64,000 nucleotides of DNA from Thermoproteus sp. (GTDB lineage: Archaea; Thermoproteota; Thermoprotei; Thermoproteales; Thermoproteaceae), in the NCBI GenBank assembly GCA_049976425.1, contig JBMFIG010000002.1:57078-121077 (forward strand), in the 5' to 3' direction. The notes beneath the pieces were generated by a model. The model saw only the letters and a program-made list of their open reading frames with translations. It was not told the origin of the DNA and made no database searches. Positions 1-8,522 of this stretch are shown here, one piece after another; positions within the stretch are counted from its first letter, which is position 1; each line of letters begins with the position of its first letter. The translations under genes were made by a program, and so were the position numbers.

Positions 1-1
1 G

Positions 2-1654
2 GCGGGAGGCGTCGCGGACTTCTACGCGTCGTTGCTGGGATATCTGATCTACGGAGGCCGCTACGTAGGGTACTCGCCTAGAGGCTACGGAGGATTTTCA
101 GGCTACGTCGCGGTAAGTCCTCTGAGCGGCAACGTGGCGTGGGACGGACATTACGGAGGCGTCACGCTCACAGAGGTCGGCGGGTACGGAGCCACGTCGC
201 GGCTGATCCCGTGGTCCTATCCGGCCCCCTCGGATCTGCCCACTTACGGCCTCGCGATGCTCCTATCGCGTTGGTCCTACTCGACGTCGCCGGACTATAT
301 ATGGGCCACGCTTGTTGGCGGCTATTACCAGTACACGAGCCCGGCCACCGACCCCATCACCGGCCTCACGGGTGTTGCCCAAGGAGCTGTCTTCGCCTCG
401 CCGCCGCCCAAGGGGCCCGCCTATCCGGCTGACGTGTACGTCTACGTGCTACAGCCGTGGGGTTCGGCGAGCCAAAGTGCCGCGTCGTATGTGTCGAGCG
501 TAGTGAGGGGGAATAACGGCCAGCCGATCGGCGCGATTCTGTGGTCGCTGGTGCCTCTGGTCCCATGTAGGTCGCTCTCCTGCGCCGATCCTCAGAAAGC
601 TTGGTGGAACGGCGAGTTCTCAGGGAACGCGGCGCTGAAGGGAGCGGCCTACGGGCTGGCCGTCATGTGGTTCGGCAAATCCCCCATCAGTGTAACCATA
701 TACGTCAACGCGAGCGGCGCGCGGTACGTCAACGGGTCTTGGGCTGGCTCGACGTGGCCGACGGCCGGGACCTGCAACATTTCCCTCGGCACATTCCAGC
801 TGGAGCCCCATAAGCCGTACTTGGTAGTGCCGGGCTCTGCGGTCCCCCTCCCCAACTCGTCCGGTTGCGGGCTGGCCCCGACTCCGCCGGGCTGGCTCCT
901 CACGCCCACAGACGATGGCTTCTTCTGGGTAGAGTTCGTAACCGGCAAAACGGCCAGCTACGGGTACTACTACACGACCGCGCTGGCCGTGAACTATACA
1001 GTATCCGACGACTTGGGCCGCCTCCTCCGCCCCGGCGAGATCTTCGCCGCCACTTTCTGTCTGGCGATAAACGGAACGAGACCATATCCCCCCTCCCTCG
1101 CCAACTGGTTCCCGTCTGGTTGCGCGCCGTTGGGCTGGCTTCCGCTGGACATATCGCATGGCCCCTACGTATATTGGAAGGCGGACTGCTCCGACGGCCA
1201 GGCAAGCGTGCGGGGCGATATAGGGCCCTACGCGGGTTTCGACGTGATGTTGGGGTCCGTGGGGCTGATGCACGGCTCCATATTATATGTATATATAAAG
1301 CCATATATTCTTGTAAATAGTTCTGGTATCTATATATATGTAGACAGTAATCTCAGTAAATATATAAAAGGCTATTATCTATATCTAAATAGAAACGGGA
1401 CGTGGGTACGTCAATATTTCTGTCCAGGCGACGTGATACACATGCCGTGGAGCGTGGCCGAGAAGCTGGCCGTATATCCCTGGGATCCCGTCAAGGTACT
1501 GCCCGCGCTGAGCCTCACGGCGCTCGCCAAGTCGGATATAGTGTACCCGATACCTCAGTGGTCCACCCTGGCCAACTGGTGGTCTCTGCCAACCGATGCG
1601 GGGATGTACAGCGACCTCTCTGCGCTCGCCTCGCTCGGCTGTATCCCCGCGTAG
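2..1654 (+). CDS. Large secreted/surface protein, C-terminal part (5' truncated by window edge)
   Basis: Frame is open from position 2; G/Y/W/P/S/T-rich, paired Cys, several NxS/T sequons; no recognisable catalytic motif. Confidence 0.6.
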   Translation, partial: AGGVADFYASLLGYLIYGGRYVGYSPRGYGGFSGYVAVSPLSGNVAWDGHYGGVTLTEVGGYGATSRLIPWSYPAPSDLPTYGLAMLLSRWSYSTSPDYIWATLVGGYYQYTSPATDPITGLTGVAQGAVFASPPPKGPAYPADVYVYVLQPWGSASQSAASYVSSVVRGNNGQPIGAILWSLVPLVPCRSLSCADPQKAWWNGEFSGNAALKGAAYGLAVMWFGKSPISVTIYVNASGARYVNGSWAGSTWPTAGTCNISLGTFQLEPHKPYLVVPGSAVPLPNSSGCGLAPTPPGWLLTPTDDGFFWVEFVTGKTASYGYYYTTALAVNYTVSDDLGRLLRPGEIFAATFCLAINGTRPYPPSLANWFPSGCAPLGWLPLDISHGPYVYWKADCSDGQASVRGDIGPYAGFDVMLGSVGLMHGSILYVYIKPYILVNSSGIYIYVDSNLSKYIKGYYLYLNRNGTWVRQYFCPGDVIHMPWSVAEKLAVYPWDPVKVLPALSLTALAKSDIVYPIPQWSTLANWWSLPTDAGMYSDLSALASLGCIPA

Positions 1655-1656
1655 GG

Positions 1657-2289
1657 TCAGCTACCGAACGCCCTATCGCCGGCATCGCCGAGCCCGGGCA
1701 CAATAAACCCGTTTTTGTTGAGGACCTCGTCTATAGCCACAGCGTAAACCTCGGCTTGAGGGTATGTGGACAGCACGCGCTCTACTCCTATCGGCGTCGC
1801 TATGACGGAGGCCACCATCAGCCTTTTAGGCGAGCCTCTGCCCAGCACCTCCCGTATCGCAGAGGCCATAGTGATGCCGGTGGCCAGCATCGGATCCGCC
1901 ATGAGGACCACCGAGCCCTCCACCTCCGGAAGCCTTACGTAATATACGTCGACGCCTATGGCGCCCCCCTCCTCCTTCCTCCTAGCCGCGATGACGCCTA
2001 TCTTGGCCTCGGGGAAGGCCTTGAGGAGCCCCTCGACGAGCGGCATGGCCGCCCTCAGCACCTCGACTATCACCACCTTGTCGAGATCCTCGAGCACCAA
2101 GCCCCTAGCCTCCCCCAGCGGCGTCTGGACCACGACCTCCCTTCTGGGAAACCTCTTGGCGATCTCGTACCCCATTATGCGGCCGAGCTTGACAAGGCCC
2201 TTGCGGAACTCCAGGCTGTTGGTGTTCTTATCGCGGAGTTTCGTGAGTACGTGTTGCGCGTATGGATGGTCAATTATATATACCGGCAT
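1657..2289 (-). CDS. upp: Uracil phosphoribosyltransferase
   Basis: [24 protein letters not shown] motif, C-terminal [14 protein letters not shown]. Confidence 0.97.
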   Translation of the reverse strand: MPVYIIDHPYAQHVLTKLRDKNTNSLEFRKGLVKLGRIMGYEIAKRFPRREVVVQTPLGEARGLVLEDLDKVVIVEVLRAAMPLVEGLLKAFPEAKIGVIAARRKEEGGAIGVDVYYVRLPEVEGSVVLMADPMLATGITMASAIREVLGRGSPKRLMVASVIATPIGVERVLSTYPQAEVYAVAIDEVLNKNGFIVPGLGDAGDRAFGS

Positions 2290-2309
2290 GTGGAGCAGTA
2301 GACGCGGGT

Positions 2310-2361
2310 ATATGAAGATAGGCCCTTGTCCCGAGAGGTGACGAGAGTTCGCGCTCTGAAG
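2310..2361 (+). ncRNA. Box C/D guide sRNA candidate (16S rRNA-targeting)
   Basis: Intergenic C box ATGAAGA (2312), 12-nt guide, D' CCGA (2331), C' GTGACGA (2338), 11-nt guide, D CTGA (2356); canonical archaeal spacing. Confidence 0.8.
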
Positions 2362-2393
2362 GGCAACTTTTAAAGGGATAACACCGCAGGGGC

Positions 2394-2987
2394 ATGGGTT
2401 GGCTGTATCGGCCTTATAGATCGAGCGAGGTCGTCGACTTCGTTCTGGCCATAGCGTCGGTCGCCGTCGCCTACGTCTTCAACATAGCTAACCCGATAGC
2501 CGGCGTCTTGTTGCCCACGATAGCGATAGCCATAGCCATAGTGCCCCATGAGCTGGCGCATAGACAGGTGGCCAGACGCAGAGGTTGCTGGTCGCGTTTC
2601 GTCCTCTACCAGCCCGGCTTCCTCGTCACCCTGATAGTAAACGGCCTCGTCGGCGCCTTCACGAGGGCGCCCGTGTTGTTCATATCGGGATACACGCTCA
2701 TATCCTGCCACAGCTACACGCGCGAGGACGACGGCTTGATCTCTCTGGCTGGCCCTCTGACCAACATAGCAGTGGCCTTGCTGTCGCTGGCGCTCCTATC
2801 TCTGCCGATAGCCCTCGGCCTTCTCTCGATCCAGTTCTTGATCTACTTGATGAGGCTCAACGCGTTCGTCGCCTTCTTCAACCTCCTGCCTCTCGGCCCT
2901 CTAGACGGCTCAAAGATATTCAGGTGGAACATAGCCGTCTGGGCGGTCATGTTCCTGGTAGCGATCTACCTCTCGTTCATACTCTAG
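2394..2987 (+). CDS. Site-2 protease, peptidase M50 family
   Basis: HELAH zinc motif, [17 protein letters not shown]; multiple TM segments. Confidence 0.93.
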   Translation: MGWLYRPYRSSEVVDFVLAIASVAVAYVFNIANPIAGVLLPTIAIAIAIVPHELAHRQVARRRGCWSRFVLYQPGFLVTLIVNGLVGAFTRAPVLFISGYTLISCHSYTREDDGLISLAGPLTNIAVALLSLALLSLPIALGLLSIQFLIYLMRLNAFVAFFNLLPLGPLDGSKIFRWNIAVWAVMFLVAIYLSFIL

Positions 2988-3013
2988 CCAGAGATCGAGA
3001 ATACGGGGGGAAC

Positions 3014-5485
3014 CTATCTTTCAAGCCGCGCCAGTCTGTCGAGTAGCTTCCTGTACTCGTCGCGTAGCTTCTCCACCTCCTCCCGCAACCTCTGGTACTC
3101 CGCCCCGCGATCCATGGCCTTCCTGATCTTGTCGGCGGCCTCGCGCGCCATCCTCCTAATCCTCCCGTCCACGTCCCTCTCAGCCCTTTCCTGGAGATCT
3201 GGCAGAAGCCTCGCGTCCATTAAGTCCAAAGCCGCCGTCACCGCGGCTGCCCTTATGCGGTAGTTCTCGTCGCGGAGCGCTCTGCGCAACGTCTCGAGAA
3301 CCTGCGGCCTGGGGCCGAACTTGGAGAGCGACTGGACAGCCGTCATCCTGACCCACGTCGGCTTGTCCTCGGCGGCATAGCGCAGGACCACCTCAAAGGC
3401 GTTATCGCTCCCGAGCTCGGCGAGCCCCTCTATGGCGCCTCTAGTCACCACGTCCATATGCCCGCCGTACTCCAAGGCCTTCTTGAGGCTGTGTTCGGCG
3501 AACTCCCACTTGATCCTCCCCAAAGCCCTAGCCGCCTCGTATCTGACGTAGTAGCTCTCGGAGCCGTCGTGAAGCACCTTGTCCAGAAATTCGGCGGCCT
3601 CGCGCCGCCTCGCGTTGCCCAGCGCCTCCATGACGGCGCGGCGGGCCCTCGGGTGGCGCAACTCGCGGTAGGCCTCCATCAACGCCTTGACGGCATCTGC
3701 CGTGCCTATGGCGCCCAGCGCGCGGGCGGCCTCGGCTGCGACGCCCCAGAACTTGTCGCGGAGCGCCTTGGCGAGGAGCTCCACAGCCCTATTGCTCCCG
3801 TTCTTCCTCAGAGCCTCCACGGCTTGTAGCCTGCAGTACAGATGTTCGTCGTCCAACATCGCGCCGAGCACCTCCACCGGGAAGTTGAGCTCCACGACCT
3901 TCAACAGCTTGAACTCGGGGTCTATGCAAACGTACTTAGGCCTCTCGCCCAGGGGCACCTCCAGGCGCTTCTCCGAGAAGTTCGCCGCGATTCTATCGCG
4001 CCGCCCGTCCTCGTAGACGACGTCGATCTCCAGCGGGAGGGTGTAGACGGGGAAGCTGTCGTCGGGTTGCGTCTGCTCGAGGATCACCCTCACGCCGTTG
4101 TTCTTGTTCCAAGACGCCTTGACGACCGGGTGGCCGGCGGAGTAGAAGAACTGGCGCCACAGCCACTCGAGATCTCTGCCGCTCGCCTCCTCGAGGGCTT
4201 TCCTCAAGTCCTCTATATCGGCGTTCTTGTACCTGTGGCGCTCCAGAAACAGCTTGAGCCCTCTCCTAAACGCGTCGTCGCCCAGCAAGCTCCTGATCAT
4301 GTGCAACACCACCGACCCCTTCTCGTAGGAATGTCTGTCGAAGACCTCCTCGGGTATGGCGTAGAGGTTGGTCACTATGGGCCTGGCGTAGCGCGTGCCG
4401 TACTCGTTGAGGTACGCCTTTAGGTTCAAGTAGATCTCGTAGAGATATTCATCACGGCCCTTGGAGCGCTCGGTCCAGAGAGCCTCTATGAACGTCGCAA
4501 ACGACTCGTTTATGGATATGTGTCCCCAGTCCTTTGCCGTGACCAGATCGCCGAACCACTGATGGGCCATTTCGTGGGCCACAAGCGGATCGGAGGAGAA
4601 GTCCTCCTCGGCGCAGGGGAAGTCGCCGTAGGGGCAATGTGCGTGCTTGTCGTGCAGGGTCCAGTCCGTGAGTATAGTAAATGTTGCATTCTCCATACCG
4701 CCATATACGAATTCTTGGACGACCACTTGGGCGTAGCGCTCGTACGGATAGGGAACTCCCAAATACTCCTCGAAGAACTTCATTATGTTGCAGGTGTTCC
4801 TGAAGCTGTACTGCATCGCCCCGGCGCGTCCCCTAGGTAGCCAGTATTCGAGAGCCACGTCGCCGCACTTATCCCTCACTATCTCGAAGTCGCCGGCCGC
4901 CAGCGCTATCAAGTACGGCGACATTGGGTGTCTCATCTCCCAGATGAACGTCTGCCGGTCTCCGTCGTCCTTCACCTCGACGAGCACGCCGTTGCTCCCC
5001 GCCACGTAGGGCTTGGGGACCGTAATGGACAGCTTCCAGGGGAATTTTATGTTGGGCGTGTCGGGGAGGGGGAGCCAGTACCTATTGTCCTCGCTCTCTC
5101 CCTGCGTCCAGGCCATGGGCACCCTATAGGGGTGGTGTTTGTCCGGTAGGACGAAGTAGATGCCCTTGCGGGGCCTCGCCCTATACCTTATCTCGAACTC
5201 GGCCTCGCGGCCCGCTGGGAGGTCCAAGTGGAGCGTTATCGTCTCCCCGTCGTAGGAGTAGCTGGTCGAGGCGCCCAGCACCTCGAGCTCCACCGCGTCC
5301 AGCGCCACCTTGCGGAGATCCCTCTTGGCCCTTACCCTATACTTCACGACGCCTTTTACCTCGCGGTTCCAGAGGTCGATCTCTATATCTGCGTCGAGCT
5401 TTAGCACGTCGAAGTCGTACTGTCGCGGGAAGCGGGGGACGTATTCGGGAAAGGCGAAGTCCCTCCCCAACAAATACCTAGTCAT
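3014..5485 (-). CDS. M1 family aminopeptidase with C-terminal HEAT repeats and coiled coil
   Basis: GGMEN, HEMAHQWFG...NESFA, YEKG; repeated HEAT-like helices (VRYEAARALG). Confidence 0.93.
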   Translation of the reverse strand: MTRYLLGRDFAFPEYVPRFPRQYDFDVLKLDADIEIDLWNREVKGVVKYRVRAKRDLRKVALDAVELEVLGASTSYSYDGETITLHLDLPAGREAEFEIRYRARPRKGIYFVLPDKHHPYRVPMAWTQGESEDNRYWLPLPDTPNIKFPWKLSITVPKPYVAGSNGVLVEVKDDGDRQTFIWEMRHPMSPYLIALAAGDFEIVRDKCGDVALEYWLPRGRAGAMQYSFRNTCNIMKFFEEYLGVPYPYERYAQVVVQEFVYGGMENATFTILTDWTLHDKHAHCPYGDFPCAEEDFSSDPLVAHEMAHQWFGDLVTAKDWGHISINESFATFIEALWTERSKGRDEYLYEIYLNLKAYLNEYGTRYARPIVTNLYAIPEEVFDRHSYEKGSVVLHMIRSLLGDDAFRRGLKLFLERHRYKNADIEDLRKALEEASGRDLEWLWRQFFYSAGHPVVKASWNKNNGVRVILEQTQPDDSFPVYTLPLEIDVVYEDGRRDRIAANFSEKRLEVPLGERPKYVCIDPEFKLLKVVELNFPVEVLGAMLDDEHLYCRLQAVEALRKNGSNRAVELLAKALRDKFWGVAAEAARALGAIGTADAVKALMEAYRELRHPRARRAVMEALGNARRREAAEFLDKVLHDGSESYYVRYEAARALGRIKWEFAEHSLKKALEYGGHMDVVTRGAIEGLAELGSDNAFEVVLRYAAEDKPTWVRMTAVQSLSKFGPRPQVLETLRRALRDENYRIRAAAVTAALDLMDARLLPDLQERAERDVDGRIRRMAREAADKIRKAMDRGAEYQRLREEVEKLRDEYRKLLDRLARLER

Positions 5486-5600
5486 GGCACGATGAGGAGT
5501 CTAGGTTTAAAGCATTCCCTACAATGGCGTTGCGGAACCTCGGCGATCTGCGAACTGGGCTCAGGCCGTATACTTTTTAAATCGCGCCTCTCGCCAATGC

Positions 5601-6716
5601 GTGATCGACAAGATAAAGCCGCAGACGGTGGGACAGGAGCGGGCTCTCAACGCGTTGTCCGATCCGGAGAACGAGATAGTGGGCCTCTTCGGCCCGACCG
5701 GCACAGGGAAATCGTTGTTGAGCATAGCGTACGGGATCTCCTCGGTGCAGGGAGGCAAGTATAAGCGGTTCGTAATAGCGAGGCCCATCGTCGACGTCTC
5801 CACGGGCCGCGCGCTGACGCCTGAGGATCTCGGCGAGATGTACTACAAGCTGGCGGCCGTATATCTCGAGGATATCTTGGGCGAATACGCCACGCGGGAG
5901 GAGATAGAGAAGCTGTTGAGGGAGGAGACGGTCATAGTGACCGACGTGAACTACCTGAGGGGCAGGACCTTCGACGACACGGTCATATTCCTCGACGATG
6001 CCCAGAACGTCCAGCCTGACAGCGCGGCCGAGGTCCTCATAAGGCTGGGGAGAAACAGCAAGCTCATAGTGGCGGGCGATCCCGTGTTTCAGCGGAGCGA
6101 GGACGGCGCGGACGGCGCGACGCTGTTGAGGGAAGCCTTGCTCGGCGAGGAGAAGGCCGTGGTCGTGGATCTAGGCGTGAAGGACATCGTGAGGCCGGGG
6201 GCCAGGAGGGGGATAAAACTAGCCCTAGAGCTGCGCATGCGTAAGCGCCGCCTCACCGACTCGGAGAGATACGTGCACGACGCTTTCAGGGTCTACGCCC
6301 CCGATGCGGATGTCATAACCGCTATAGAGTTCAAGGCGGACAAGGAGTCCCTAGGCATAAAGGGCGATGTCCCCGACGCCCTTGTCTTCGTGAAGGAGGG
6401 CCACTTGGGCAGGGCGGTGGGCAGAGGCGGCGAGCGGATAAAAAACGTCGAGAACGACACAGGCCTTAGGTTGCGGCTCGTCGAGATGACGCTCGATTTC
6501 AAGAACTGGATAAGGGCGTTGCACCCCGCCGGCTGGATATCGAAGCACATACTCGACGTGGACTTCGCCGGCCCCGAGCTACTGGTGACAGTTAGGCGGA
6601 ACGAATTCGGCGCCTTTGTAGGGCATAGAGGCGCCTACGTGAGGCTTATGGACCGCGTCTTCAGAAGGCTCCTGTCCATAGGCGTCCGCGCAGTGGAGGC
6701 CGAGGAGGAGAAGTGA
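5601..6716 (+). CDS. PhoH-family ATPase with C-terminal KH domains
   Basis: GPTGTGKS, YLRGRTF, LDDAQN, GDPVFQ; KH loops AVGRGGERIK and FVGHRG. Confidence 0.88.
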   Translation: MIDKIKPQTVGQERALNALSDPENEIVGLFGPTGTGKSLLSIAYGISSVQGGKYKRFVIARPIVDVSTGRALTPEDLGEMYYKLAAVYLEDILGEYATREEIEKLLREETVIVTDVNYLRGRTFDDTVIFLDDAQNVQPDSAAEVLIRLGRNSKLIVAGDPVFQRSEDGADGATLLREALLGEEKAVVVDLGVKDIVRPGARRGIKLALELRMRKRRLTDSERYVHDAFRVYAPDADVITAIEFKADKESLGIKGDVPDALVFVKEGHLGRAVGRGGERIKNVENDTGLRLRLVEMTLDFKNWIRALHPAGWISKHILDVDFAGPELLVTVRRNEFGAFVGHRGAYVRLMDRVFRRLLSIGVRAVEAEEEK

Positions 6717-6991
6717 AGATCCGCCTTCATATATTTATAAAGGGCGAGTTGAACCTGCCCGGCGTGCCGTTTAGGCATATAATGAGGGACGTGGCCAGGA
6801 GGAACAACGTAACTGGCTGGGTGCGTTTCGTCTCGGACGACGTGGCCGAGGCCGTGCTCGAGGGCGAGGAGAGAGACGTCGACGCGGTGCTTAGGTGGGC
6901 CTACGCGGGCCCGCAGGGCACCAAGGTCAGGGAGGTCGAGATATTGAGGGAGGAGTACAGAGGCGAGTACGGCGATTTCAAAATCCTATAG
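6713..6991 (+). CDS. Acylphosphatase-fold protein (divergent active site)
   Basis: GV.FR, TGWVR, EAVLEG, F.I C-terminus; GTGA overlap with PhoH-KH. Confidence 0.8.
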   Translation: MKIRLHIFIKGELNLPGVPFRHIMRDVARRNNVTGWVRFVSDDVAEAVLEGEERDVDAVLRWAYAGPQGTKVREVEILREEYRGEYGDFKIL

Positions 6992-7588
6992 CGGCCGCGG
7001 GGCTGTCAGAATCCAGTAGAGGGCTAGGTATAGGGCGAAGCCAAGCGCCATGTGCGCGACGTAGGGCACTCCGTACTTAGCCAACACGTAATCCCCCTCT
7101 ATCCTCTCCGGCGGCTTGTACTTCTCGAGGTCTTTGACCTCGCCGATGATGTACCTATGGCTCCGCCTCAAGGCCTCCTCGCGGGGTATGCATATGTGGG
7201 TAAGCCTCTGGGCGAGGGTCATCTTGCAGGGTTTTCCCCTGTTCGCCAGAAATAGCCAGATGGAGGTGCCCAGGATCGATATGCCGGCGCCTAACACCAC
7301 GACAGCCGGCGTGGGCAGTACGGGCGAAAACGGCGGGAATAGGGACAACGCGATTATCGTGAGCGAGTCTGCGTATCCGCTGCCGGTCAGCCGCATGGCC
7401 AGCGCCAATATGAGGCCCAGTATAGGCGACATGAGGTACAGCGGCGTGCCTCGCGAGAAGTACGCGGCGGCGAGAGCCGGCGGGAAGAGGAGGGCGACGA
7501 CCCAAGCGTCTATCTCCCTCGTCTTTATGTCCTGGTACGACGCCAGGCCTAGGACGGCCAGCTCCGCCAGGCCGAGCTCCAACATCAC
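6986..7588 (-). CDS. Prepilin/prearchaellin peptidase-like protein (A24)
   Basis: YQDIKTREID first Asp, GSGYAD second Asp, C-terminal GVPYV; TM helices. Confidence 0.75.
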   Translation of the reverse strand: MMLELGLAELAVLGLASYQDIKTREIDAWVVALLFPPALAAAYFSRGTPLYLMSPILGLILALAMRLTGSGYADSLTIIALSLFPPFSPVLPTPAVVVLGAGISILGTSIWLFLANRGKPCKMTLAQRLTHICIPREEALRRSHRYIIGEVKDLEKYKPPERIEGDYVLAKYGVPYVAHMALGFALYLALYWILTAPRPL

Positions 7589-8484
7589 GGAAGCCTCCTC
7601 TTCAACTCGTCTATTCTGGGAGTCCTCAACGGGTCTATTCCTCTGCCCAATGCTATCTTCACCGTGGCTACTCCGACGTGTTTTAAGAACGTCAAAATCC
7701 CGCCGACGGTCATAGGCACCTCGAAGACCTCGCCAGACAGTAGATCGACGGTGAGCTTCACCCTCATCCTGTGCTCGGCCGGTATATCGGGGCTCGTCAG
7801 AGCCATTATGGGACCCGAGGCGCCCTCTATCCAGTTGTGGTGGGCCTCGGGCAAGATCTCCACCAGGGGATCCAGCTTTGCGTTCTCGTTCACCTCGTTC
7901 TTGACCCTATAGGCGAGCCCTTGCATAGAAGCAGGCGCCACTATAGTCGGCCTCGCGCCTAGGATCTTGATCAGCCTGTCGACGAGCCCCTCGTCGTAGG
8001 GCAACGAGGAGGGCACGTCGAAGTCGATCCCGTAGATCCTCTTCAAGACCCATAAGGCCGCGGTCAACATCTGCGGCAGGGCGGCGCGAGGCGCCGAGGC
8101 CTTCGGCACCTTGACCACGGGCACTCCCATCTCCGCCAGCTTGCCGCCTGTAGTTATGGCGATCACCGGCATGCCCCGCCTCAAGGCGGCGGCCGCGGCC
8201 GTGAGGGTCTCGGCAGTGTTTCCCGAGTAAGACACGGCGAGCATGAGGCCGTCCCTCCCTCTGAAGAAGTAGTCCTTGACGACGACCGCCTCGAAGGGCC
8301 ATTCCCGCACCGTCGATAGGTCCCTTATCAGATCCCCCACGACGCCGGAGCCTCCCATCCCCGCCACGTACAGTCTGTCCGCCGGCGCCAGCCTATAGAC
8401 GCGTCCCTCGTGCCGGTACTCCTCGGGGAGATCGACCCCGGACCTAATCACGTACCTCTCCCAATTCAGATAGTCGTCCAGCAC
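7585..8484 (-). CDS. Bifunctional phosphoglucose/phosphomannose isomerase
   Basis: GMGGSG, SYSGNTAET, PRAA, NENAK, PEAHHNWIEG. Confidence 0.93.
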   Translation of the reverse strand: MLDDYLNWERYVIRSGVDLPEEYRHEGRVYRLAPADRLYVAGMGGSGVVGDLIRDLSTVREWPFEAVVVKDYFFRGRDGLMLAVSYSGNTAETLTAAAAALRRGMPVIAITTGGKLAEMGVPVVKVPKASAPRAALPQMLTAALWVLKRIYGIDFDVPSSLPYDEGLVDRLIKILGARPTIVAPASMQGLAYRVKNEVNENAKLDPLVEILPEAHHNWIEGASGPIMALTSPDIPAEHRMRVKLTVDLLSGEVFEVPMTVGGILTFLKHVGVATVKIALGRGIDPLRTPRIDELKRRLP

Positions 8485-8522
8485 GTGTCAGTTATGCCTA
8501 ATTAATATATGCTAGTCTCTCT

